From Mytilus trossulus (Eukaryota): a stretch of DNA of 64,000 nucleotides. The stretch lies in contig NC_086381.1 of NCBI RefSeq assembly GCF_036588685.1, positions 73,222,001 through 73,286,000 of the forward strand. The letters are read 5' to 3'. A model generated the notes under the pieces. The model was not told where the DNA came from. It made no database searches and saw only the letters and a list, made by a program, of their open reading frames with translations. Shown here piece by piece: positions 1 through 12,780 of the stretch (the first letter of the stretch is position 1; every line of letters begins with the position of its first letter). A program made the translations under genes and the position numbers.

Positions 1-49
1 AGCCTGATTAATGATCATAAGTAATAACACAAATGTTTTTGGTATTATT

Positions 50-3000
50 TTAATCCTTGTAAGTGTATTTCCAGAAATAAGCATAGCATATCAAATATCC
101 CCAGCTCAACAGTCCTACCATCAGAGCAATACACACTAGATTTCTGGCACTTCTGGCTTTTTGGTGAGCAATATCGAAATCCCTCTCTTCAACAGCCTTT
201 CTAGCCTGCAAAAAAGTAATAATCTATAAGGAATATAACAATGTATGATTTAGTCTTATATTCCTAACTACTACAATGGATATCATGGGTGCCAATTAAC
301 AATGTTGTACACAATTTGGTTTTTAAGTTTCGACCCCTAAATCTATAGCATTTAAAATAAGGAGATGTGGTGTTATTGTCAATGGGACAACTATCCACCA
401 ATGTTCAAATGAAGTGGATGTAAGCACTTCTAACCAACCGTACAGGCTTCAACAACGAGGCAAACCCATACCGTATAGTCGAATAGTCGGCTATAAAAGA
501 GAGGCGACGAAAGGAACATTCATTAGTCGAAAATTATTTTTTTTCAGTAATGACTTACTTCTTTACTTGCTGATACAGCTAACAATCCAATGCATGGACA
601 GAAAACTAGGGAAATTATTGCTGGTATTGTCCAATCTATTGGTGGACTATTAAATACAGACTCGTCTGTAAATATCTGGAAAAATAATCATCGGTAATGG
701 TTATCAAAACTACAACAGGTACAAGAGAGCGACTCCGTCAGCCAGTAACCACTGTAACATTGGAAGGTTTGTTCGTCAGTTGCGTAGAATCATTGAAGAT
801 CCGTTGCCCGAAAATCAAATTTATATTTAGTAATGGAAATTTCTGACCGTCATAAATTAATGGTACCACGACGGTTACAGGAGTAACAATGTACTGAAGA
901 ATTGGAACAATCAGTTTCACGGTCTACAGTCCTCGAAAAGCCAAAATCGGACCTGTTATGTTACGAAATTTTGAGTTTAAGCATTATGATTTAAGTTATA
1001 AACTGTTAATGTTTTTAGAATTGTCTATGTTTTTCTTGTTCTGTAAAATCCAATCGTAAATTTGACCAATAATACCAATTGGAAATAAATGTTGTCAACA
1101 AGCTATTTGTGAATATGTATGTTCTTATGATACAGAAAACCCCAACACATAATGGAAAAAGGGGGAGGGCAAAAAATTGTCCTGTTCCCAAGTACCTTTA
1201 GTTGTGACATCTTATCATAGTTAAATTCTTCTAGATAAAACAAACACACTTGATTAAACATCAATTCTCTCTCATAATGATCCAAACACAAATATATTCA
1301 TAATTTTTATTCAGTATCATCGATGTACTAAAATGAAAGATTATTAAGTCTATACTAGATTTTTAAGCCTGATTTCATCAATATTTAAAAAAAAAATATT
1401 CTTCTACTCTTTTTTGGTGTTAATTGTTGGTTTCGTTTCATTCTTATTTGTTGAATCTTTTACTAAAATACGTGAAACAGATAGGATAACATATTAGAAT
1501 ATTGTTTTCTTCATAGTTATAGATCACTTTGGGGTGTTTTGCGGTGTTTTGTTGTTTTATGTGGTATTTTAGGTGGTAGCGGTGCTGTTCGGAGGTGAAC
1601 CGGCATACCGAGAGATCAGTACCATTTCCATGCTTCGACCCTTTTATCATAGAATTACATCCTGTTACCACATAAAACAACAAAACACCGCAAAACACCC
1701 CAAAATGATCTATAATTATGAAGAAAACTATATTCTATTATGTTATCTTATCTGTTTCACGTATTTTTAGTAAAATATTTAACAAATAAGATTGAAACGA
1801 AGCCAATTATTAACAACAAAAAAGAGTAGAAGAATATTTGTTTTTATCTTTTTTTTCTAATATTGATGAAAAATGTATCCTCCAACACACTTAATAAATA
1901 TTTTAATAATATCGAATGTTTTCGGAGGAGTTCTAGCTGTGAGATATCGAATGTTTTCGGAGGAGTTCTAGCTGTTAGATATCGAATGTTTTCGGAGGAG
2001 TTCTAGCTGTGAGATATCGAATGTTTTCGGAGGAGTTCTAGCTGTGAGATATCGAATGTTTTCGGAGGAGTTCTAGCTGTGAGATATCGAATGTTTTCGG
2101 AGGAGTTCTAGCTGTGAGATATCGAATGTTTTCGGAGGAGTTTCACTGTGTGCACATTAGATACAGGTTTGTTATGGCTTTAATGTGCAACAAGAGGATT
2201 TGTCCCTTGCTTACACTTTTAGCTAATATTATATATAGTCACACTAAAGTTTTTATCAGCAGGACTGTTAGTTTCATAAAAAATCATTATTATCAATACT
2301 TACAACAGACCCATCATAACTTTCCTTCTGATGACTTGGAGGTTGGTAGAGGACAGTGCAGCGTGCCGACGGATTCCTTTGCCTCCGAGGAAAATAGTGC
2401 CTGATTGATTCCTCGTACGACGGAGGTTGTTGATTCTGAATCCTGAGTCCAGGTTGTGGATATTTTACTGTAAATTCAGGAGTGGAAGGACGAAGACGAA
2501 CTGATACTCTTGGAGTCGGAGAAGGTTGTGTTGGAACATAGGTCTGTTCTGAATATCTCTTAAACTGCTGATTCTGGTTTGTCCATGGACCTAGGAGAAA
2601 TCTTGGACCGACCCGAGAATGTCGAGCCATACTGGTTGGAGCATATTGGGCCGGATACCTCTGGCAGTTTTGTGTTTCATTATGTTCTTCCAAGGAAACT
2701 TCATTGCCAAGCGTAGGAGGACGATCTAATCCTCGACTAGGAGGGAAGAATTCCTCAACTTGCCGACCGCCAATGCTTTCGTCTGGAGTGACTGTACAAT
2801 ATAAGAAGATCAAGGATTAATTCTAAATTATGATGGCAACTTAAAAACCTCGTTTTGTAAAGGTCCATGCCATACAAAAAAAACAAAAGCCCAAAATCCT
2901 ATGCAACATACACACATATTAATAATGTACTTGTAAAACATAAAAAAAATGGAGATCTAATGTGAGCATTGTAGAGGATAGAGAAAAAAAAACTAAAAAG

Positions 3001-3809
3001 GCTTGGTATGTGATATTTTTTTTTGTAAAATACATATCATGTAAAAAATTATAACATTGACTCTCAATAAGTTTGTTAAAAAATGCTGATCCTCCTTTAA
3101 TCGAGAGCATGCATGGCAACAGCTAAAAGGATCGATAATTAAGGTTGACATTAATATAAAACTGAATTGCTATATAATACAATTTTGACTAGACAAAGTC
3201 AAATCAAACTCTGAAAAAAGATACAAGATGTCTATTAGAAATAGATTCGGTATTCCAGTTCAAATGTAAACTTCTGACTTGGTTCAGTTTTTTATACAGA
3301 TTATGACGAAGAATTTCTTAGAATTGATGCAGAATAATTTAAAAACTTCCTTCTGCAGTGTGTTTACAAAAGAGTTTTAAGAATTACTGTAAAAAGTTAA
3401 ATCACAAAAATAAAAAACTCCGAGGAAAATTCAAAACCAAATGGCAAGATCAAAAGCTCAAACACATCAAACGAACGAGCTTAACGGAAAGTCCATAATC
3501 AAATAGCAAAATCAAAAGCTCAAACACATCAAATGAACAAGCTTGCAACCATGACTATAAACAAAAATCTAACTCCATACAATTGTAAGTATAAACATAA
3601 TGCATTTTACACAATAAAAATATAGAAAATAATATTTACCCGGTTAAAAGGTTTGTTAAAAATATCACTTTACAAAAGCAAGGAAATGTTATCAAATTCT
3701 GAGAAGTGATAAATAAATTAAGTAGACTATATTATTGATGTATTAATAAGAAGCAATGTTTTACGAACTACAGCACTTAGAAAATAATACCTTGATTCTT
3801 CATGTCCAT
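50..3809 (-). CDS. CD225/dispanin (IFITM/PRRT1-like) proline-rich transmembrane protein, paralog 1, ~259 aa, 4 coding exons
   Basis: Exons 3809-3791 (MDMKNQ), 2791-2304 (Pro/Gln-rich, contains PPSY), 675-559 and 205-50. All introns are GT-AG, phases 1,0,0, total 780 nt. The last two exons give PPIDWTIPAIISLVFCPCIGLLAVSASKE/ARKAVEERDFDIAHQKARSARNLVCIALMVGLLSW, a typical CD225 domain. The short first exon is the least certain part. Confidence 0.9.
1373..1871. mobile_element. Foldback/MITE-like long inverted repeat in intron 2 of CD225 paralog 1
   Basis: ~1373-1566 is the near reverse complement of ~1666-1871 (e.g. ggggtgttttgcggtgttttgttgttttatgtggta vs taccacataaaacaacaaaacaccgcaaaacacccc), with a spacer of about 100 bp. 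Confidence 0.8.
1908..2142. repeat. 35-bp minisatellite, ~6.7 near-perfect copies
   Basis: Unit gatatcgaatgttttcggaggagttctagctgtga; atcgaatgtt recurs at 1911, 1946, 1981, 2016, 2051, 2086 and 2121. Confidence 0.95.
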
Positions 3810-3909
3810 TCCAAGTTTGGTTGTTGAGGATGCAGAATATGGACAGTGACGTTATCGATTGTTTTGATCCCACATGACCTCATGTCCATTCCAAGTTTGG
3901 TTGTTGATA

Positions 3910-4175
3910 GATATAGGAAGATGTGGTGTGAGTGCCAATGAGACAACTCTCCATCCAAATAACAATTTAAAAATTAAACCATTATAGGTTAAAGTACGGC
4001 CTTCAACACGGAGCCTTGGCTCACACCGAACAACAAGCTATAAAGGGCCCCAAAATTACTAGTGTAAAACCATTCAAACGGGAAAACCAACGGTCTAATC
4101 TATATAAACAAAACGAGAAACGAGAAACACGTATATATTACATAAACAAACGACAACTACTGTACATCAGATTCC
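3910..4175 (+). repeat. Abundant dispersed repeat family (SINE-like; core gaagatgtggtatgattgccaatgagacaact)
   Basis: Related copies occur at ~355-497, ~4365-4545(-), ~9075-9460(-), ~15990-16325(-), ~28065-28175(-), ~46375-46500, ~48017-48065(-) and ~49915-50035. Class not determined. Confidence 0.75.
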
Positions 4176-5239
4176 TATGTTGTTTTGATGTTTTGATGCC
4201 ACACGACCTCATGTCCCGCTATTGGACAACTTGACCAGCAGAGTAAACCGTTTTTGTATAACTGTTGATAACAGGAAGGGTGTCTTGGATGACAATACTA
4301 ATGTATATGCTTAATATTTATTTGTTTATGTTTTATGTATTAAACTTAAAAGTTTTTTTATACAGATTAGACCGTTGTTTTCTCGTTTGAAAGGTCTTGT
4401 TTGGGGCCCTTTATAACTGTTCGGTCTTAGCCAAGGCTCCGTCACGGTGTTGAAGACCGTACTTTGACCTTAAATGGTTTACTTTTACAAATTGTGAGTG
4501 ACTTAGATGAAGATTTTTCTTGGCATTTATACCACATCTTCCTATATCTATCAGAGACATATAATACATATTGTATTATATGTCTCGATCTGTATCTATT
4601 TAGTTATATATGCTTTCATATTAGTATTTTGCATGTTTATAGTGTATATATGCATGCATGTATGTTTAAATTGTAGAAAATCTTACTTTATCGTTTTGTG
4701 GCATGCCGACTCTAAATAAAGTTTTGATTTACTTTAACAGTTATGACTTATTTACTTAGTATACTACACTACCACGCAATATTATCAAAATGAAAATTTC
4801 CTATTCAATATTTTGATAAACTGTTTTTTTTTTACTGTGACAAAAAAAGTACAGTAACTGAACATGCTAAGAAATTACGAACGCCATTAATGTTTTCATT
4901 GCAGATATTTGTGTTCGTCATGAAAGTGTAAATTCTACCGCCAATTAATAATCCAATGGAACTTTTTGTGTGTGTCTCTTATTGCAGAATTATTTCCGTT
5001 TAGTGTTATTAAGCACACATTATGGTTTAACATATCAAAGACTCAAGAAAACACCATTTGATAGCTAAAGCCGTTCAGCAATCCTGGAAGATATCTTTTT
5101 GATACTTGATTTTTTAATCAGTCCATTTTATTCTAAGTTAACGAATAACATTCAGTATTAACCTGATTTTTCAAAATCGAAAATTGATAACGACCAATTT
5201 ACTTTTGTTAGAATTTTGAATATGGATTTGTTGTATCAT

Positions 5240-5645
5240 TGACAAATGAGATTCTATCCACCAGAGAACAAATGAGACACTTTCCACTAGAGACACTATC
5301 CACCAGAGAACAAATGAGACACTATCCACCAGAGACTCTATCCACCAGAGACACTATCCACCAGAGAACAAATGAGACACTATCTACCAGAGTGCAAATG
5401 AGACACTATCCACCAGAGAACAAATGAGACACTATCCACCAGAGACTCTATCCACTAGAGACACTATCCACCAGAGAACACATGAGACACTATCTACCAG
5501 AGAACAAATGAGACACTATCCACCAGAGACACTATCCACCTGAGAACAAATGAGACACTATCCATCAGAGAACAAATGAGACACTATCCACCAGAGAAAA
5601 AATGAGACACTATCCACCAGAGAACAAATGAGACACTATCCACCC
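5240..5645. repeat. 26-bp/16-bp composite minisatellite (gagacactatccaccagagaacaaat)
   Basis: Roughly 17 tandem units mixing a 26-bp form and a 16-bp truncated form. It accounts for ORF 5239-5427. Confidence 0.9.
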
Positions 5646-8527
5646 ATGGCCAACTATTTTCCTCAGTGTAAGCCAGTACGAGTTATCGCGCATGATTTTG
5701 ATTTCTTATCCGTCTGATCAGTCTTTTCTGTGTGTGATATCTTATCAAGGCAACATGCTGAGTTTGTAAAGACAATGTTGACACTCGTAAATAATTTGAC
5801 AACCCTAAGTAAACAATACTATAAATATATGACATTGTAGCATGCTAGGTTCTGCATAAATACGAGTTGTATAAACTGACTTTATTTCCAAAAGATAAAA
5901 TTCGATTTTACCGAATATCAAACCGCACATACACAATAAAAAGTCGAAAAAGGACAAATATGAGATCATGATTACCAAACATATACGAATATGAGACAAC
6001 GTAGAGTTTGAATACACATACACAAACTCATTGCAACATTTTGAGTTTTTATTAAAAGAATAAATTCAGTCTCTGCTTTTACTCTTGTTTTACCTCCCAG
6101 AACTGTATGTTTATTAATATTTTCTTTAACTTTTCAGCCATGATTTCTGAGAGATATTTCAAAATTGGCCTTCAACACTAAATGCTTTTATAGTATTTCT
6201 GCCCGCGATAATGCAGTTTGTTTATAAATCACAATGGAAAACACGCTACAGTACATAAACGTATTGTCCTTTAAATAGCTTTAATTTTGCTATGTGAAAA
6301 AAGAGGAATGTCGTATTAATAATGAATAAGTATAAATGCAGAGCTTAATTTCCAAATTTCTTTAAAAATGCTTTCAGTTAAGACAAAAAGTTAACGATGT
6401 GAAAAGCGTCTTCTATGTAAAATAAATTTTCAGATTTTGACACTTCTATCACATTCACTGTATAGCTATAGAACAATAGACAATTTCTCAAATTAGATTG
6501 TTTTTTTTTATAAGTTTGGATGTTCCGAAGTGACAAAGTTTTTTCTAAAAAAGATCAGTTTGCAGGTCATCTTAGAATGGACACTCTATCAATACATGTT
6601 TCTCATTTTCAACAATATTTATACACGCAATACATGTTCGTTGATGGAAGGATAGGTCTCTCACTAACAAAAATGATATAGTCTTAGATTACTTGTTTTA
6701 TTTTTATAGATATAAGCCAATCGAAGCACATACTTATAATACTAATGAATTTATGTACTGATATTCTCAAATTAATCAGCAAATTTTCCCAAAATTAATT
6801 GCATGCCGCCTAAAACCGTAAAGAAAGTCCCACAGAAAAGTGTATACAATAATGTTCCGAATATTATATAAAAAAGGGGGGAAAATTATATTACTGATAT
6901 GTAAAGGAAAGTCTTAACCACGGATACAGTGCTATCTGAAATTCACAACAGGTGATCAAATACTTGATGACATTTGTGAACTTCACGCAGATATCTTTAG
7001 AACATGCTAATTGAAACAACAGGGGTCGCAGGCATCTGTTTTCATGTTTTAACGATTCAAATTATCTCATTCATTCGATAAATAAAAAATTCTGCAAATA
7101 CATGTACAATATAAATGCAAGAAGATTTGGTATAAGTGCCAATGAGACAGCTCTCCGTAAACTTTACATTAACAGAACAATAATTAAAATGAGTTGCCTT
7201 TTTAATACAAATTTTACATGAATGTACAAGTATAAAAAAATAAATATATTTTAAGATAGAAACTTCTGAAAAGACGGAGACAAATAAAAAATAATATTTA
7301 TTTTGTTCTACGCGATTTATTTTTCTAAAAGTTAAGTGGATAAAAGGAGAATGTGCACCAAACAAGCAATAGTCTAGTATATATCACATGTACATGTAAC
7401 ATAGTACAGCGATTCATATTGCCAATCAAAAGCAGTGAAAAGGTATCAAATTGATGAAAGAAAATTTGACGTACAAGATTTCATTCCAAATCCATCTACT
7501 ACAAAAGATCTTCTGAAAGTGTTACTGCATCTGGAAAATTTAAGATAATGACACTTTTCCTGTTTCATCAAAACTAATTGGTCTTTTTAAAACATGAGAA
7601 TAATATTTATAAAATATGTATCTATTACTTCTTTGTTAATCAGATGAACATGTTAAAGTATTAAAATTGTTTAGTTACGGCCGCCTTATTATTAAAAAAA
7701 CCTTTTTAAAAGATATGAAAGAAAATTGCAAAAAAAAAATCCATTTTAGATGGGATTTCAAGTTTTTTGAAACATCCAAAAGTCTGAGTTAATGTAATAG
7801 TGAAAGATTTTATAGTATCAAAAATAAAGAAAACTGACAGCTGGACAAAAATATTATTTTAAATAAAAAGTTACACTTCTTTTACTTTACTGAATTTTTA
7901 AACTATTGATGTAAAACATTTGATTAAATGTGTAAATATTTAATGTACAAATAGATTTATCTTTGTTTTGTGACCTGTGAGCGATTTACTTGGTAGGACC
8001 ATGGAAGTACTATATATATCAATATAATACCTCCATGGACTTAGAATTTTTCTCGCAATCTTCAAACAATGACAACAACTCCAGTTTTGGATAAAAAAGG
8101 CCCCGATTCATTAAATTTTCTAAAATCCCAAATATATACCATTGGAAAGATTATAAAGCAAAGAACATATATTTATGCCAATGAATTTATTTCTAAGAAT
8201 AGTGAAAGATGTATTCATGAATGAAAACTCCTTTGCATACGTTTTTGGTTTTGAATTGTATGAAGTAATAGGGAATGAACCACTTTTTTTAAAATGAAAA
8301 TGGCCGTAACTTCTGCAATCCCGATACAATTATAAATTATGTCATTAGAAAGCTAAGAAAATATATTTTCTAATGTGATGCCAATGAAAAAGATATTTAT
8401 TTTTGTTTACTGTCAGCTAACCAAAATTCAATATTTCCTTTCACAATCTATAGTAAATTTATCGATATCGACTGCGATCAAATTTAGCGCATGCGCACTG
8501 CGGGTGCTGATAATAGTTGCGTATGCA

Positions 8528-8660
8528 GAGACACTATCCACCTGAGAACAAATGAGACACTATCCACCAGAGAACAAATGAGACACTATCCACCAGAGAA
8601 CAAATGAGACATTATCCACCAGAGAACAAATGAGACACTATCCACCAGATAACAAATGAA
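8528..8660. repeat. Second array of the same 26-bp minisatellite, ~5 copies
   Basis: Same unit and orientation as the array at 5240-5645. Confidence 0.9.
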
Positions 8661-9752
8661 GGAAATACAAACAACTATAAACGATCTTTTGAGCTAAATC
8701 AAAACCGTACATGGTGTTAAAAGTCCCGACATGAAAACATCAAAATGAGAAAAAAAGCCTTATATATAACAAAGCAACCCCAAAAAATGACAGACCTGAA
8801 AACATCGACCACTATATTAGTCGACACTCATAGGATCATACGAAATGGCCAACAAAAGTTGTACATATATAACTATTCGGCACAAAAGCATCAGGTTACC
8901 GCTCCTTTATGCTGGTGGTATTTGAACAGCCTAGTGCACCGAGTGTCAATGTGTTCTGGACACGATGTCTCAGAAACATGCATGGGTTCCATTCTATAGC
9001 TAATAAAAAGACAAAAAGTTAGCAAATTTAACATTGATTGCAGCTTTGTCGGCTTTATCTTAGGTTGGTACCAGAAAACCCCACCACATTTTCTATGTCT
9101 GTCCAAATTCAGGAGCCTGACATTCAGTGGTCGGCTTTATCTTAGGTTGGTACCAGAAAACCCCACCACATTTTCTGTCCAAATTCAGGAGCCTGACATT
9201 CAGTGGTTTGATGTTGATTATCCTATTTGTTTTTCGTTTATTGTTTTGTACATAATTAATTCCGTTAATTCTATCGTTTGTTTGGTTTTACATTTGTCAT
9301 TTTGGGGCATTTTATATATAGCTTTCTAATCGACGTGGGTTTTGCTTATTGTTGAAAGCCGGACGGTGTTATGGAGTTGTTTTAATGTCTACGCCTATGA
9401 TGAAGAGATCGTTGTCACATTGTCTCGTGTGAAATCGTACCACATCTTCTTCTTCTTATATCGTAACATAAAATACGATTGGTGTTGCCTTACTTGGCAT
9501 GTCAGCTAATCAACTCATTTATAAAGTGTTGCTGAATATTAAATTATATTATGGTTCAACAATTTAACAAATGCATATTCAAGGGAGACAACTTGAGTAG
9601 CTGCTACTTTAAAAGAAAAAGAAACTATCACAATCATATTATCTTTTTAATTGTTTTAATGAATATTCTTAACAAATAATACCACTTGTATTCATTACTT
9701 TGAACTTCTATAAGTTTTTTTTTCAATTTCGCTTTCAAAAAGACATTGTTTG

Positions 9753-12700
9753 TCAATCATACAATGTGGCATTTAAAACTTGTGAGTATATAATATAAGT
9801 ATAGCAAAATATCCCTAGCATAACACTGACAATTATTAGTTTTTTGGCATTATCAGCTTTCGCACGTGCTGAGACATAATCTCCTTCTTCGTGTGCCTGT
9901 TTTGCCTACAAAATAATAATTATAATATTAAATATAATTATTTTTCAGTTTTTTTCGCAAATTAAATATTGAGTGTGTTCAGAGTTCCAAATAAAGCATA
10001 ACCTTATATATAAATATGTGACACTAAACTATGCACTTTGACATCCAAATACTTATTTCGTGTTTGATTTGGGGTATTTAAGGTTTATGACCCCTTCTGT
10101 AGTCAATTTTGTACGAACTTTTGATACTTACATTGTATCAAAACTACAAATATGATAAATAATATATAGATATGCCATTTTGTACACATGCCGAGGGGAA
10201 ACTTGATGCAAAGCATTATTATTTACTGTTTCATTGCACTTTGTGTCAATTAAACCAAGATTTTTATAGAAAATCCACAGCCTTTATCCTTGTACTCTCA
10301 TTTTTTGGCAATTTGATGCCACAAAGAACTCTTTTTCTATTAAATGCAATGAAACAGTAAATAATAATGCTTTGCAGTTAAGTTTCCCCTTGGTATATGT
10401 ACAAAATGACCTATCTTTATTATTCATATGTAGTTTTGATGCAATTAAAGTTTGAAAAGTTCGTACATAAATGACTACAGAAGGGGTCATAAATCTATAT
10501 GAGTGCATGTTGATGGAATATTGTTTAAATAAAGAAGAAAATAGAAGACAATTCAGATGACACAGTAAATACCTATACACATTTTAAAACGGTAAATAGA
10601 ACTACCTTCAACAATGAACAATGATATTTCTAATGTTGATATGTATAGAAAGCACAGTTACCCGCCAAAAGTGATTAATGATATTTAAAACAAAACAGGG
10701 CTCACGAAATAGTGTTACAATTTTTCGTGTACGTTAGAATATTTTTGACGATAAGGGATTTGTTTCCCAATTCTGAAAAAGAGAAAAATCAGAAGAAATG
10801 ATTATCAGGTTGGAAAATCAGTCACATCGGTCCATAATAACCTATTTAACACATAACAGCCCAAAATGGATGATATATATCAAGTGCGGTGCAAATAAGC
10901 ATAACTTTTGAATTTAAAAAAATACTAAAAATTTTATTTTCTATGTCAAAAGAAGTAACTTTGGACAATCGACTTTTCCTGTAAAAATGAAGAAATTCAG
11001 AAAACTGGTCTCTTATAAACAATCTGGTTAAAAGAAAAGTTTCTAAACATTTATTTTTTTTGCCTTTTATGAAATCGTTTTCTCTTTGCATTACTTACCA
11101 TTGAGTCGAAAAAAAAAGTTTACACAGTAAAATTATATAAATACATAAGTTACACAAAAAGTAGATAACCCATTGAAATAAAGCATATTTGTCAGTTTTT
11201 ATAACTTGTCGTTAAAATCGGGGTCACCGAGCCGTGCAGGTTAAATCATATATACCGACTTGCCTGGTCAATAAATATTACCACAAAAAAAACAAGTAAC
11301 TTACACTTCTACTTGCCAATATTGCAACCAATCCGCATGGCCATGCGCAGAAAATACATGCAACTACCGCTGGAAGCGTCCAATCTGGAGGAGGTGTTCT
11401 CTGCATCTGTCTAGCGTTATCTGGTAAAACCTAATAGAGCAGAACGGTTGACGTATTATTTGATGACGGCAATAAAACCTTTGCATATAAGTTATTCAAA
11501 ATGTAACTATAAATTCATAAAATAAAAATTATTATACCGTGAAAATCTTTTTTGAAACGAAAAAAATGCTTTTTACAATACCATGAATTAAAAAAACACT
11601 TTACGACCAGTATTTGAGTTACCAGTAGTTGAATTCTCTCTCTCTACCAAAAATGGTATCTCCTCTTTCATTTACTTATCTCTCTGTTGAGACTCGTTGT
11701 AAAGTTAAGCAGCGTTTATTTATAATCATGTACTTACAACAATACCAACTGGTTTTGGTTGATTGTATACGGGAGGTGGAGGTGGATATCCTTGACCAGA
11801 CGGAGGAGGTGGTTGTGGGTATGGTGGTGGAGGATATCCTTGATCAGTTGGAGGAGGTGGTTGTGTGTATGGTGGTGGAGGATAGGCGGGTGTTGAAGGT
11901 TGTGAAAATCCTTGTCCAGGTGGCGCAAAACCACTTCCGGGAGGTGCAAATCCTGTACCGGGTTGGGCAAAACCCCCGGCAAAACCACTTCCAGGAGGTG
12001 CAAATCCTGTACCGGGTGGAGCAAATCCTTGTCCCGGTGAAGCATATCCACTCATCGGCTGTCCTCGTGTATCCGTTGTAATGGTTCCTGTTGAAATTCA
12101 AATGTTGAACTCAGATAACGAAATTTAACTGACATATACTTTATAGCATCGAGAACTGTTTTAGAAGGCCTGACTATTTGGTCACTATATATCTTTAAAA
12201 TTAAGAATGGAAATGGGAAATGTGTCTTTAAAGAGACAACAACCTGACCAAAGAGCAAACAACATCCGAAGGCCACAGCTGATTCATACAAGTCTATTCC
12301 AAATTCTATACAGAGTTTTATCAAATAGTTTAAGGCATTAGTGCATTTGAGAACATTTGTGTATTTTTCTTAATTGACCATATAGTAAATGAAAACAATT
12401 AAAATTGAAAACCATAAAAAGAAAGATTTCATTTCATGTTCATGTTTTTAAAATTATGAAGAGAGTCTTTTTAAGTTTCACCAAACTTGTCCAACATTTT
12501 TTTCTCGTATGCCTTTTGTATAAATATTGAAATGTGTTTGCTATGTAAGATGAAAAGCAGCATAGCAACATTGACCAATTTCCAGTCTGTCTAACCTCCA
12601 GTGGCAAATACTTCGTGTATATAAGGATGAGGAAAGCAGAATACAACATTAATTAAATCAGAACAATAAAGAAGAGGTATACTCATTCAATATAATATTG

Positions 12701-12757
12701 AATGCATCGATAACAAAATCAAATTAGAGTATTCCTTTAATATTTACCTCTTTGCAT
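9753..12757 (-). CDS. CD225/dispanin (IFITM/PRRT1-like) proline-rich transmembrane protein, paralog 2, ~212 aa, 4 coding exons
   Basis: Exons 12757-12748 (MQR), 12087-11738 (GFAPPG and GYPPPPY repeats), 11430-11305 (VLPDNARQMQRTPPPDWTLPAVVACIFCAWPCGLVAILASRS) and 9905-9753 (AKQAHEEGDYVSARAKADNAKKLIIVSVMLGIFCY...). GT-AG introns, phases 1,0,0, 639 nt. Same architecture as paralog 1. Confidence 0.92.
10081..10496. mobile_element. Foldback/MITE-like long inverted repeat in intron 3 of CD225 paralog 2
   Basis: Arms ~10081-10238 and ~10345-10496 are reverse complements (tttatgaccccttctgtagtca / tgactacagaaggggtcataaa), with a spacer of about 105 bp. Confidence 0.8.
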
Positions 12758-12780
12758 CTTACAGCAGACGTGTTTCTGGA

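Noticed and set aside
11629-12101. Overlapping ORFs 11629-12081(+), 11734-12051(-) and 11844-12101(-)
   Set aside because: They are alternative-frame or antisense shadows of the repetitive Pro-rich exon. Only the MSGYASPG frame splices to the CD225 exons.
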